A stretch of 61,840 bases of DNA, filler included, from Sphacelaria rigidula (GCA_964200075.2; 6 parts of 6 records of this genome joined end to end with filler, not necessarily neighbours in it); one strand, 5' to 3'; positions 36,712 to 49,147 are shown, counted from the first letter of the whole stretch. Numbers and translations are program-made. The notes: a model not told the origin generated them from the letters alone.

Positions 36712-39047
36712 TCAGGAGTAACGGGAAAAAGGACCGACCGAGGGCATTCATGACGATGAACGTGGTAGCCGAAGATGAGCGAGTCGTGTCCATGTGCAAG
36801 TCGACCAACAGTGACACAGAGGTGTCGATTCTCTGCGACTCGGGAGCGAATGTCCGCATGGCTCCCCGGAGACAGGATCTCAGGAACACACGTACGGTTG
36901 ATCGAAGCTGTACATATAGGAACAAGGGACAGCTGCAAGTGCTGGCAGTAGGAGAAATCCCATTGCACATGAGAGTTCGAGGAATGGAGGCTCCGGCAAA
37001 GACCACCCTGAAGGACGCACTTCAGGCCCCTGGACTATCTTACGGGCTACTGAGCACCGGAACGATTCGGTGTGACGGAGGAGACTTCGTGGATTTCCGG
37101 CAGGAAGGAGAGCTACGTTCGGTTCAGAATAGGCAGACCGGGGATCCCCCTAGCCGATAATAAAGGGTCCCTGACCCTGTCGGCATCGCTGCAGGGGAGC
37201 GGCAAACACGCGGCGTTGGCGCATGCTTCGTTCGCAAACAAGAAGCAGCGCCTTACACCGAAGCAGGGGTACGACACCTTAGGACACTAATCGATGTCAC
37301 TGATACCACGGTGGAGTCCGAGATGCGCTGCAATGTCTGCAAGCAACGCAAGTCCGAGGCGCTCAGCTACGGTCGCGGCGGCAGGAGTTCCACAGCACCA
37401 GATGAAGTTGTGCACACTGACCTTGAAGGGCCTTTCCACGCCGATGTCACGGGCATGAAATACTCTCAGGTGTTCGTGAACGAGGCCAGTCGAGACGAGC
37501 ACGTTGTTGGACTCAAGACACGAGATACTGCCACTGACGCCACGGGAGCCTACACCGACGAAATAGCCTGTGAGGGAGTGGCCATCGAGTACATCAGTGG
37601 AGACGGCATTGGGGAACTGGCACGGTCAGTCAAATTTCAACACATACTGGCCGCAGAGTAATGAAATTGCTGGACGTGCAATTCAACAACTGATGAGGAT
37701 AGCACCCAGCCAATTAGGGAAAGCGGGACGCGGAGAGGACTACTGGTTCTTCGCTGTGGCGGACGTGGCATTCAAGACTGCAGGGATCCCCACAAGTACC
37801 TCGGGGGCGAGACTCCATGTGAGAGGCTGAGAGAGAAGTCTTTCGACTACGACCGGCTTGGTACTTGGGGATTCGAGTGTTTCGTGCACCATCACAAGCA
37901 GCAGCGCGGCGCTTCCACCCATATGCGAAGTGAGGCATTTTGATGGGGCACGATCGGCACGCTCTCTGCTGGTATGTATGACGGATACAGGAACCAACGC
38001 TCGTTAGGTCTTTACGAGTACATATCACGTGTGAATCAGAGGCCAAGATCCTGGACATCGTGGGGAAACTGAAGGCTGTCAAACTGAGTGACGATGAGGA
38101 CGAACCATCGGAAGAAGAGAACGCAGCACCAATCGACGGCAATTATGGCCCGGGTGGACAGCGACCACAGGACCCGACATCATCGAAGCGCTCTTCTCCG
38201 AACAGTGGACTGCGCGGGTCCAGTCGACTGGTGCAACGGCATCGGGGGGACAACGCACAGCAACGCTTTAGGAGTTCTGACGACAGCAATTCTGATGACG
38301 GAAATTTCCTCACCACCCTTCCACAAGATCAGGACAGGCGCATTCTGCATGCTCGGCGGCGGAATCATCACTGGTCCACGGGAACTGTCGACAGCGAAAA
38401 AAGCCTTGGCAGGACCTGATGCTGACAGATGGAAAGTAGCCCCGGAACAAGAAATCCAACGGAAGGACAACGAGCCTCGGAGCCGAGAGGCCGGTGAACC
38501 GCTGGGACCACGTGTACCACCGGCGGCGCCTGTAACTCATGCGACTCCAAGCGCGGACGAGCGCTCCGAAGGCCCAAAGACGGAGGCACCGTGAACAAGA
38601 AAGGAGCAAAAGGGATCGCGCCTTCTCCAGCGGAGATGACCGTGAACGGGGCCGCGTCATCGAACCAACGGAGACTTTGGGCGATAACGAAGGGGCGAAG
38701 TTCGAGAATCAATGCATGCCGAGCGCGAACGATTCTACCCCTGATCAAGAAGCAAAGGTACAGCCCGCGGCAAAGGAAGCAACAAAGGCGGCGGAGGGAC
38801 CATCGGAAGGTGCGAGGTGCATGTCACTGAAGCACACCCTCGCACAAAGCCAACAAACGTTCGAGTCGTCGTTCTCGACGAAGGATATCAACACGCAAAA
38901 GGCGGCGGAAGTCGGGACGAGTTCGGAGGGTCCAGGTCCACCACGTGGCTTCAAGGGCATTCGATGAAACAGTTCGTTTGTCTTGTATCTAGCACCAGTG
39001 TAATCGTATCAGTTCTCTGGTGTTACCGCTGTACGATCATGGGGGAG

Positions 39048-39455
39048 TGTGCAGATTGTGTATTGGACATAGATCTCATACCTAGATTCTCGGGCATGTA
39101 GTCAACCAGCCTGGTAGGAGCCAGTAAGGTTCAATACAATGGTACCAATAGGAACCGTCCGGGAACCGGTACTGTAACCAGTATTCAGCAGAGCCACAAC
39201 GGCTCCGCAGCTCTACATTGAAAGCACTATAGTTGAGGCTTAGGGCTGAGATTCAGAGAGAGGTTCAGGTAGAGGTGTACACAAGCGGGTGACATCTGAA
39301 CGGATGATGAAATGTACGGCGATGCAGCGCCCCACTCGGGGCCGTCGTCTGCTCAACCCATCGAGATCTCTCGTGACAAATTCATTGCTCCGCTATAAAA
39401 CGGTGCACTGCGCGGAAGCGCGCCACGGCCACGTCAAACACCTCACAAGTCCACA
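39048..39455 (+). repeat. 3' LTR of the copia element (408 bp)
   Basis: Follows the PPT; ends TCCACA, then TSD TAACC. Confidence 0.95.
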
Positions 39456-40114
39456 TAACCGACGTCGGCGCATGCCACTGGTCCCTAAACTCGACCACGC
39501 TTTAAAGTGACACCTAAATCGAGCGTGCTGTTCTGATACTCAAAAATGCAAACCCCCCTCAGTCAGTCATCGTGCGAAAAATCATGGCTGTGCCGCGATA
39601 CTTCCCTCATAGTGTCCGTGATGTCGGGACAAGTATCATTTGCCAGTCACATGAGCGCCCCGACCACCTGCATGTGCAGAACATCCACCTCAGCTCCTCC
39701 CTCGTTCACTTGCGTCATCTTCCTAGGTGCAATATATGCGGGGGTGGGAGCAGTGCGCGCGATGTCAAACTCGTCGATGATTTCCTCCACACGCAGACAG
39801 AGACATATCGATTGCACTGTTGTCCCAGTTACTCGTACGCATGTGCACCGTAGAATTCCAGGTTCCCAAGACCCTTTCAAGAGAACTCGAGTAGTACAGC
39901 TTCCCTGATCTTAGCACACTCCCCGTAAAGTACATGAAAACGTCAGCCATATGCATGGGTCAGTAACGCTTCCACATGCCCCTCCTCTAGCAACCGCAAA
40001 ACGCACGGCACACTACACCATACTTCCTGATTGGGCCATGAAAGCCATTGATGAGGTCGCGAAGTCGATGTCCTCAGTCAGGTACAACCGTGCCTGTACG
40101 CCCTGCTTGTTGTA
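39456..40114 (-). pseudogene. Old Ty1/copia RT relic (right part of the host element)
   Basis: VEEIIDEFDIARTAPTP..QVVGALM*LANDTCPDI..REVSRHSH; joins the 34870-35223 RNase H in frame across the insertion. Confidence 0.85.
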
Positions 40115-40507
40115 TACGACAGCAAACGTACGCACAACAGCACAGTTGACGAACCTGACTGGGGACATCAACTTCGCGACCTCATCAATGGCTTTCACGG
40201 CGCAATCAGGGAAGTATGGTTTATTATTGTACTGTGCGTTTTGAGGTTGCTAGAGGAGGGGCATGCGGAAGCGTTAATGACTTGTGCATATAGCTGACCT
40301 TCGCTTTTACTTATCAAGGGGGAGTGTGCTAAGATAAAGGTAGCTTTACTACTGTACTCAAGTTCTCTCCATAAGATTTGAAGAACAAGCATTCTATGAT
40401 GCATATGCGTACAAGCAACTGAGGCAACGGCGCAATCGAGATTGCTCAGCACGCGTTCGTAGAGGAACTCATCGACAGGTGATATTACGCGCACTGCTCT
40501 CCCCTCC
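39738..40507. repeat. Large spacer-less inverted duplication (palindrome) of copia RT
   Basis: Centre GTATAC (40112-40117); arms pair outward, e.g. GAAAGCCATTGATGAGGTCGCGAAGT / ACTTCGCGACCTCATCAATGGCTTTC and CTTAGCACACTCCCC / GGGGAGTGTGCTAAG. Confidence 0.92.
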
Positions 40508-40529
40508 TCCCTTCCAGCGAAGGGGAAAA

Positions 40530-40700
40530 TTACTGTTTACGAGTCGCTGTCTCCCGCGGGATCGTCCGCCGTATGTTCTTGACCAGCGAGGGCCGGTGAT
40601 ATGGCTCCAGCTTGCCCTTGAGCTCCGTATCAACAGTCTCGACCGCTTCTCGAAGTAGCACCTCGTTCAAGTGGTCATACGATTGGTGAAACAATTGATG
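40530..40700 (-). pseudogene. Copia GAG-pre-integrase domain relic
   Basis: FHQSYDHLNEVLLREAVETVDTELKGKLEPY..RRTIPRET resembles the H..xGH..C..C pre-integrase region. Confidence 0.6.
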
Positions 40701-41196
40701 TTGCTGGGTAAGGGGCATGGATACAAGTGTGAGATTCACACTTACGAACTCGTTGTCGGATGAGTCAAACTCACCGTCCAATGAGCTGGGAGAGGCGAGT
40801 ACCACGGATTGCATTCATGTTCCCTTTCGGAGGGAAAATCGATTCAATGGCATCGTTCATGGGAGATTGTACTCCACTATTTTAAACCAGTGTGGATGAG
40901 GCTTGTCGGCCGTTACCTTGAGAGAGAAGAGACCATGGTCTGGCATGGGCATGTGAGCTACTTTTCCGGGGTGAAAACTGAACTCACATCCCTCGCTGTG
41001 GGAAAATAGGGTTAAGCCCCCAAATTCCCCGATGAGAAGTGCTCAACCATTTGCAATGCAGTAGTCAAACCATCTCCACCGTTGGTCTTAGTCATGCCTA
41101 CCCTCCTTGACAGGGGTAGTCACACACGATGGCCCACTACCCGCTACCCAGGTCCTCCCCCCCGCGGCCCGCCCCCCCCCCCGCCCGCCCCCCCCC

Positions 41197-41296
41197 NNNN
41201 NNNNNNNNNNNNNNNNNNNNNNNNNNNNNNNNNNNNNNNNTTAATTAATTAANNNNNNNNNNNNNNNNNNNNNNNNNNNNNNNNNNNNNNNNNNNN
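41197..41296. other. Artificial contig-joining spacer
   Basis: Same 100-nt structure. Confidence 0.98.
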
Positions 41297-41675
41297 CGCA
41301 GTGAGTGGCGTGCTTTATAGCGTCATCGCCAACCGACGCCAACCCCATCGGGGGTCCGCCCCTACAAAGCCGGCTTGCAGCTTTCGCGTGCCGTATCGCT
41401 GCCTCTGCATCATCCTTCTGGCACCAGTCCGTCATAAACCTTTCTGCTCCGTGTTCAACACAGCTGTGCCACTCTACTGCATTTAAGGTTGTGGTAGTCC
41501 ATCCCTGCCATTCGATATCGAACGCCTTCATGTCTTCCGCGAGGCAGCGGATCCAGTCCTTGTGCCTGCCGTCAAACTCTCCTTGTTTCCCGTTTACAGC
41601 TATAATTTCACCGAAATATGCGAAGGTGAGCTGGCGATGATGCTGTCCGCACCAGACGTTAGCCTCTTACGATAT
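41297..41675 (-). mobile_element. RTE-like LINE ORF2 C-terminal fragment
   Basis: YFGEII..GRHKDWIRCLAEDMKAFDIEWQGW..EWHSCVEHGAERFMTDW. Confidence 0.75.
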
Positions 41676-41766
41676 CCTTCAGGCTGCTGCTGCTGCTGCT
41701 GCTGTTTTTTTTTTCCCAAGTGTCGACGAGTGCTGAGTAAGCAGCTGGCACTTTTGAGATGCTCAG

Positions 41767-41768
<2 letters not shown>

Positions 41769-41812
<44 letters not shown>

Positions 41813-41815
41813 CAC
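41769..41815 (+). repeat. (CA)n microsatellite; a (CTG)n run lies nearby at ~41684-41704
   Basis: Direct reading. Confidence 0.95.
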
Positions 41816-43079
41816 GCATTGAGTGTGGAGCAGCAGTGTGACACTTCACGGTCAGACATCCTCGCTACTGATACGAATGCACTATATGTGTCAATACGAA
41901 CATTTCTTGTACATGTACTGTAATATGGCGCTGACTTTTATTCGCCCTCGGACCGCAGCATATTTATGCAGGCTGTAGAGTACCCGTTTGACGGCGAAAT
42001 TGTTCCGTTCTTTGGGTTCGTTCATGCTAGTGTGGACTACTACTTCTGGCTTCGTTTTTTTTGTGTGTGCGAGAGTGTTTCTGCGGCAAAGAAAATCCGC
42101 CAAAAAGCGCAGCAGGTTGGTCGTAGGAGGCACGTTTACGCGCGTTGATGGCCAAGAACCCTGGTTGAGACGATTTTTTCCCGCTGAATCCTAACCTTGA
42201 CCCTAGCCTGCTCTCGAATCGAGGATATACGGAGAGCCCTCGGGCAAGAGGTGTACACAGAATGCGTTGACGAATCTCAAAAATGCTGCTTGCGCGCGGT
42301 GCCGAGCATTGGGGACTGACAGCCCCCAAGAGATGATGGTCCACTCTGAAACTTTTTTTTTTTTTTCTCTTTTGACGACCAACATGCGTCAACTCTACTG
42401 GGTGATGGAGTTCCAGGTACAGTAGTAGATGTCATTTCGATCCCGTGGTTCATTGTTAGCGTACCCTATGGCAGCATGCATGGCATTCGTTTTTTACTTC
42501 GCCAGGGGCGAAGTCAAGTCTGTATCGTGACGTGCGGTTTGTTTTTGCTGTCGTTGCGCCCCGGGCAGGCAGGGGGAGCTGATTGAAGATATCAAGCAGC
42601 AATGGCCGGATGAGTTTGCCGCGTGGAAAGCAGACGCGACGAATTTCAACATTGCCGGCAGGTGCGCTCCGTTTTTGCCCACAGAGCTCGAGCAAAAGTG
42701 CTCCCGCGTAGGTGTCCTTCACTTCTTCTACCATCATTTGCAGGGCAGAGAGAGCAACATACTTGTGTTGCTTGCTTGAGTCGCTGCTTGGGCCGCAAGT
42801 TGCGTGCTGTATCGGTTTTTTTTGACCGCAGTAGTTCGACAGACGGTTGTGACTATGTCAGCACGCCTGAGATCGCTTTGTTCTCGTGTGCACAATAGTG
42901 GAAGAAAAAAATATATGTCAAGTTTTGAGGTCGCCATTTCAAACGCGTTCAAAGTGCGTAAGAGTCGCCACCGAGCCCGTTCAGCGCACGTGTGTTCTTC
43001 CCTGGTTGCTGTTTTTTCGTTCCTAACTTATTGACGACTTTTATTCCCCAAATTCCAAGGGCACCCGTTCGACCAACAC

Positions 43080-43396
43080 TTTTTTTTTCTTTTTTTTTTT
43101 CTTCTTTTTTAGTCACACTTTTCGACCTCTCCCTTTTCCGTGGCATGAGTCCGTTATTTTAGGGGATCAACTCATCTCTACGCCGGCACACCCCTTTTTT
43201 TCGGTCTCCCGGATTGGATCATGACCAGCACAAACTTCATTGAACAAACCCTTTTTCCTACCGACGTCCTGACGGTTTTCACGGCGAAGAAATGAAATAC
43301 TTTGCATAAACAACGCAAACGTATATGGCGGGGATCGAACTCGTGTCCGTTCTACCCTGGCGACGTCGGTTGGTTTTACCCTTGAGTTATCGGAGC
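43080..43396 (-). mobile_element. tRNA-derived SINE with A-rich tail
   Basis: Minus strand GCTCCGATAACTCAAGGG (A box) .. GAGTTCGATCCC (B box); body homologous to 9121-9410; T-rich tract at 43080-43110 on the plus strand. Confidence 0.78.
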
Positions 43397-46300
43397 ACGG
43401 TGGCTTTTGTAGAAGGTACCTACTCGAAGGCATCAAGGGATGTATTTCGTGGAGGTTAGTTTTCCACTTGGGAGGACCAGAAATTTCCCGGGAATTTATA
43501 ATTTCGAACAAACTATAACATTAACACTAGCCCTAACGCTAACCTCAAGTAGGGCACACCGAGAACCCTCGGGCAAGGGGGTGCAAAGTGTTCCCTAGAC
43601 AAAGTGTGCGTTGCCAGACCTCATATCGGCGTGCCAGGGGCCAATTTCGACAAGAACGCGTTCTGCGCACGCTAGGAGCACGCTTGGAGCATAGCCCCAT
43701 TAAATATACGGATTTCGGTGTCCACACTTGAATCAAGTCGAACTGAAAATCAACCATAGCACCCTCCCAAGTGGTGAACTACACTGATTTCGTTTGTCCT
43801 TTTTTTTTTAACTTCAGCCAACAGTGGCCGCAGAGTAAAATTCCCACCGAAGAATGATCTTCCTCACAACGCACCAGGAGCGAGTCGTGTTGCATTACGT
43901 CCTCCTCATCACTTAAGCAGCCGTAGGGCACTGAGAACTAGAACCGCATCCAACGGTTGTCGTTCGCAGATAAGGTTGGCACCATTCAGCAGGTGGTGAT
44001 GCGCGTCGGGAACGCGTTTCACTTGATGTCAATGTACGTTACCCATCGTGACTAGCGGGTACAAGGACGTTCGTTCCTAGTCCAGCACCTTGCTACGAAA
44101 AACTCGATTTGGAAAGGGGCGGCGACCCCAAACCACCGGGCCCAACTCGGACCCCGCCAGTTCTTCGTCTAGCCCGCAAAACACGGGAAAAATGCAAGCA
44201 GAACCACTCGCCTCATGCAGAAGATTGTACGCAACGATTGGCTGATGTAAAGCTGCCACCAATCATCACACGTAACATGTAGCCCTGCTATCCTATTTTT
44301 TCAACGTAGGTAGCAGCCTTGTGCTGCACAAGCAGCGGCGGCCGGAACAGTGCTGACTGCGGCTCGAGAGCTTACCCGTGCAGAATATGCATGCACTGCA
44401 AGATGTGCACCATACCGTACAGTACAGGCGTCGTGCACATGTAAAAACGCACCGCATTCGTTTTTCACCAGTCCTCGGCAAAAGAAGACGACACGTCGAG
44501 AAGGCTACTCAATAAGTGTCGCGATTCGGCGGAGCTCTCGCTTCTTCAGGAGGCCCCCGGAAGCCCGTTCGTTTGACACGGATGGAATCGCCAGATATAT
44601 GCTTCGACATTTGTAGATGTACCCGTTATGAAACAAGAGTGTTAATGGCAAGCCGAAGCGCTGAAATAGACACTGGAATTGTGCCGGGGCGTGCATAGCT
44701 GTCGATGGGAACGAAATATCTCGTGAAAAGCACCCGACCGAAGAAACAACATGTTTATTGGGCCTGGAGAAAAAGGCACGGTTTTTCAAGCATTTGTTTC
44801 GTGTGCTCAACCTTGCTGTGTCATGCGAAAAAATGTGGTCTGCCAAGACACATCAAGCGTTTGTTGTTCCTCTCCTTAGATGACATGCAGTACCCGCCCC
44901 GGTGCAGGTCATGCTCGCAATCTATTCTTGCTGTACAGAAGCAAAGAGTACATACATGTCAGGTCTCCAGCTGAAATAAGTGTTTCTCAAGATAGTTTTT
45001 TTTTCTGTATGATGACTCGGGGGGAGGTCTTGGCGTGTATTCCTGGAAATGGTCGCAATGAACAGGGAAACAGATTCACAGCAGCGGTCAACCAATGCAG
45101 CGATATTTACGGCATTGTCATACGTAGGGTCACCATTCCAGCTGCCCGTTGCGGCATGGGTCATGTGCGATGATATGATACTTGCTGGTGAGAGCTGAAG
45201 GATCCTTCGTAGTTCGTTCGGACCGACGCGAAAGTGGATGTTTCACCCGTAATTTTTTTTCCAATGCGGCAAGAAGGTGTTGCCCCCCCCGTATAAAAAA
45301 CGAACAGCTGTGTTTCGAAAATGAAAACAGTGAACGATGTGAGATCGACTGTCCTCTCTGCAGCGTACCATGTGTACACTACTGACTTTTGGCGGGGGTT
45401 TTCTCAGCATCCGTTGCTTGACCGCGAGGCTTGTTGTTAGCTGATGGATGAACGAGTCTGTGCTGATATGGCGCCTGGGCAACCAAAATACCCCCCCCGG
45501 GCACTCTCTATGAAATTTCGAGGGAAGAGGAATGGCGGGAGATGAAGGTCTGACATTCGTTTTCAAAGCTCCAGGATCAATCTGCAGGATCACTGAACGA
45601 AGCGCAACTTTTTAGATTCACTTTCGCCTGTTGCTGACCACAGGTGGGTTGGGGCGTCTCATTGCCTTCCAATCACGACTCGAGTTTTGGGTGTACTCCA
45701 CTCTAAAGAGGTGCCTACTATAGTCAGCCCTGCGTGTGGATGTGGGGTGGTTGGCAAATGCTGGTGGATACAGGGTAACAATAGCACAACCCAGAATAGC
45801 ATGCGCCCGGAAAATGACCTGAACATGCCTTGGAACCCAACCGCAGGAGATTTCTCGCCATTAAATTAACATCCCGCACAGTGCATATAGTCACTTGTTT
45901 TCAGTATCGGTGGTTTACTTCCATGACTTGTGGTGGATTTTACGTGCATGTCAGATGACATGCAGACCCGCAATCGATGCCATCTTTTGCAGACGGGGGC
46001 TGCCGCATGTGTGCAACAAACTCGACCTCGGCGGAAGCTCTGATCGTCGCCACAAGCGACGTAGAGTAGTAGAAGATGATCCATAAAAGGGGGGGAAATC
46101 AGGCGGAGAGTTGTTCCCTCGGCTTGGTTTGTCGAGTTCTTTTTGTGTATTTTTACCCTCTTTTTTTTTCCTACTCGGGGGTGCAAACATAGGTGGACGG
46201 GGGTAAATATACGGAGGTTCGGGCACTGCAGCAGGATGCTGAGGAGCAATTGATTGAACATTCGCAGTATAGATATGGTTATATCCTACATGTCCTCTGT

Positions 46301-46687
46301 CCGTTTGGTGGTACAATAGATGATCGTTTAGGCACACACAGTGTACCGTACTGTACTGTGCTTCGCTTTGTGTCTGGACTTGTAGGTATAGAGAAAATAA
46401 AGCGGAAAGCACCACAACAGCCTACGAATTTGCCAATAATAAATGAAACATCAGTGCATGCTGCCGGCTGCTGAAGGAAGAAATATCGGATGATAACAAC
46501 CCGGTTGCTGTGAGGGTTATCGAAGTTCAACCACTATGTGATTGTAGCACGCTTGGGGTCACGGAAACGATCGTTCTCAGAGCACCATTGGTGTCTAGTC
46601 GCTGCTTTTCCTGGTAGGCATACGGAGGTACCCCTTTAAAAAAATGATTAATATTTGCTCTCCTATATCCGACGGTTACGACTTCAG

Positions 46688-46828
46688 GTTCCCTGCCAGG
46701 GATCTATGGACTCGCGCGGCGGACGCCTGGGAGGAGATCCGATCCATGGAGTCGATTCAAAACCAACAGCGCACGCTGGTGGTTGCGCATAATGCCATCA
46801 ATCAGGCTCTTGTGTGGACAGCACTCGG
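46688..46828 (+). CDS. Histidine phosphatase / phosphoglycerate-mutase superfamily protein, penultimate exon
   Basis: TTCAG| acceptor and GG|GTGAGT donor; FPARDLWTRAADAW..TLVVAHNAINQALVWTALG carries the C-terminal catalytic His motif. Confidence 0.85.
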
Positions 46829-47526
46829 GTGAGTGCTGTCTTTTATCGTTGTAATGGGTAGCTGTGATGAATGTTTCAGGTCACTCATGTGCGCTGAAAA
46901 AACATCGGTTGTGCAATCATCATTCCCCATTTTTTTACTTGAGATAACCGCAGGGAAACCAGGCTCTTGTGCAGAGGCTCGTCCAACAGTGGGGTACGCG
47001 CACGGGCGGTTTTTCTTTGGGGGGGGGGAGGGGTACCGGAAGGCGTGTCCTTGGCACCTCTTGACGTCATTTTTCAAATACAACAATCAATGTGCCTATC
47101 GATCGATTCATCAATCAAATTCGATTCGTTCGAAGCGACGGCGCTCTCTCATGGCACCGATGGCTGACTGTATCGTAGGAAGGGCGTCGTCGATGTTCGT
47201 CGATTGACCCCCGCTCGTTCGACAGTGGCAGCTTTTGCGTCTAGAGGGAATCGATTTCGAAGAATGATATGAGGAGCCGCGATAACACATGAGGGTGTTC
47301 TGATAAAGGCAATAGCTGGAATTGACGTCACCCGGCGGGTTCGTGTCGAAACACTGGCCAACCTCAACCGCACGAGTGTTTCTTGGAGCCTTTACTCAAC
47401 CTACAGCAAGGTGCCATTTCCTTTCATGGCCCCGCGTCCAACTCGACAACATTTTGTGCATCAATCGACGCGACGCGCCCCGCTTTGCTGCATGATTTTG
47501 CTGCCCCCTCCCCTCTCGCCCGCTAG

Positions 47527-47716
47527 GTGTGACGTGTCCTACTTTCGGAAGCTGTCTTGGCCAAACTGCGGAGTTTTGGAGCTGCAGTGGCGACGCGGTG
47601 CAGACAAGGCGGAACGTTTCCGATGGGTCATGCCGGAACCCTCCCCGTTCCTTGAGGCTGCCGATGCCGCCAGGCAAATGAAGGACGGAGAAGATGACAT
47701 GCAGTATACCGTGTGA
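47527..47716 (+). CDS. Histidine phosphatase / phosphoglycerate-mutase superfamily protein, last exon
   Basis: Polypyrimidine tract plus CTAG| acceptor; the phase-2 join gives ALG-CDVSYFRKLSWPNCGVLEL..QYTV*. Confidence 0.85.
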
Positions 47717-49147
47717 TGGAAAATTTATTTGTCTTGTCAGACGGGGCCGGTCGATGGGGTGGTGGGGGGTATTACGTTCATCCTGAAGGACTTCGTGAAT
47801 TCATGAGGACTCAATTGTGTCGATCGTCCTTGACATGGATACCTTGGCGCCATTGGTCGTTCATTGTTATGATCGTCCCCTTTTGTTGTAGGGGATTGTT
47901 GCCTACGTCCGTCCGACGATGTCTTCATGTGAGTCAAGACCGACTGTTTCAGCTTGTATTTTTGTGTGTCCAAAGATTACTTTAACTGTTGAATGTGGGG
48001 GGTTCATGCATCCACATAATGTGGGCGATGAGTTTGTTGTATCACAGTCGTTGATTAGCTGTTCTATAGATCAATGTTGCAGCATCATTTTAGAGGAGAA
48101 AGCCGTCGAGACTAACGGGATATCGCATGTGCCGTGATGGTATGTCTTTTGCTGGTCATTTTGCGATCTTGTCTAGGCGGTAACACGCGAGTACAGCGCG
48201 ACATGTACAGCAGCTGAGAGCAGCCGTTTTTGATCAGACGTTTGAAGCACATGTGTGTGTGAAGGCACAAATAAAAATGCGTGGTTATAGACCGCCGCAG
48301 CAACTCGGTTTGAAGTGTGGAAAACGTAGCATATGAAAATAAGCAGATCAAGTGACATGTTAATGCTTTTAATCATGCGGGTTCGTGTGTCCGCGTTCCA
48401 TAGAAGCTATAAATGTACAGCATACTGTGAAAAATGAGGAGTCCTCGACGCACAATCGGTAATATTTTTTCCCTTGTGTGCTGTACCCACATCCCCGCCT
48501 CTTTGTACACTTGTTCGTACGTTCTACAACGAGAAGAGGTTTGTAGAGGTGACCCTATTCCTCGGCTACGTAGCGGTAGGGATTTTTGCGTATCTTTTTC
48601 GAATGCATTTCAGTGTGCTGCGTGTGTTGGGTTGCCAAGCCAATAATCTCCGCAGGACTTGTACCTGAGTTGCCGAACTGTGCTTGATGATAACCCACCA
48701 GGTTTCTAGCCTCCACCTATTATATTACGTATGTGTTGCTCGGTTATATTCTATATTTTCTGACGCCAACAGATAGCTGGTGGTGGCGCTTTTCCAACAT
48801 GATGTGTCGTTGACGTACCTCACGAGTGTGTGATAGTTTCCCTTTTAAAAAACTGATTAGTTTCCCTTTCAGCCCTCTCCTGTCGGCCACCACACCTGGT
48901 CTACAACACTTGTCTCGATACTACTGCTGGACACTCGGGGTGGTCCTTGACCTAGTGGGGTACCGTACCGGGTCGGAAATGGCTAAGGAAGGGTGCATGG
49001 TACACCGTATCTATCGCACTCTTTAGCCACTGTAAGAGAACCGCCGCGCGGAAACTTTTCAGAGAACACTGGGAAACCACTCTTGATATCTCGCAGCTAG
49101 ATGTCAATAATTGACGTCGCTGTAACTGATGTAAAACACCATGGTTG

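Larger units (their letters stand above)
35224..39455 (+). mobile_element. Ty1/copia element with both LTRs; gag-PR-INT present, RT/RNase H absent
   Basis: LTRs TG..CA; PBS-like GGTTCGTGAGCC; PPT ATGGGGGAG; TSD TAATC/TAACC. Motifs: degenerate knuckle CAYCLNRNYRWREC, protease ILCDSGANVRM, LGH..CNVCKQRKS, integrase VHTDLEGPF, and pre-RT linker ALAGPDADRWKVA. Confidence 0.93.

Noticed and set aside
40313..40340. AAGGGGGAG-TGTG as PPT plus LTR start
   Set aside because: It is copia RT coding sequence (GECAKI) mirrored at ~39910-39924 in the palindrome
44705..44974. KKQHVYW..RHGFS as the missing RHG exon of the phosphatase
   Set aside because: Spacing and downstream residues do not fit RHGxxxxN, and there are no supporting splice sites
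48824..49021. Solo LTR or MITE with TGTGATAG..CTATCGCA ends
   Set aside because: Only a short inverted match, with no TSD and no second copy in the window
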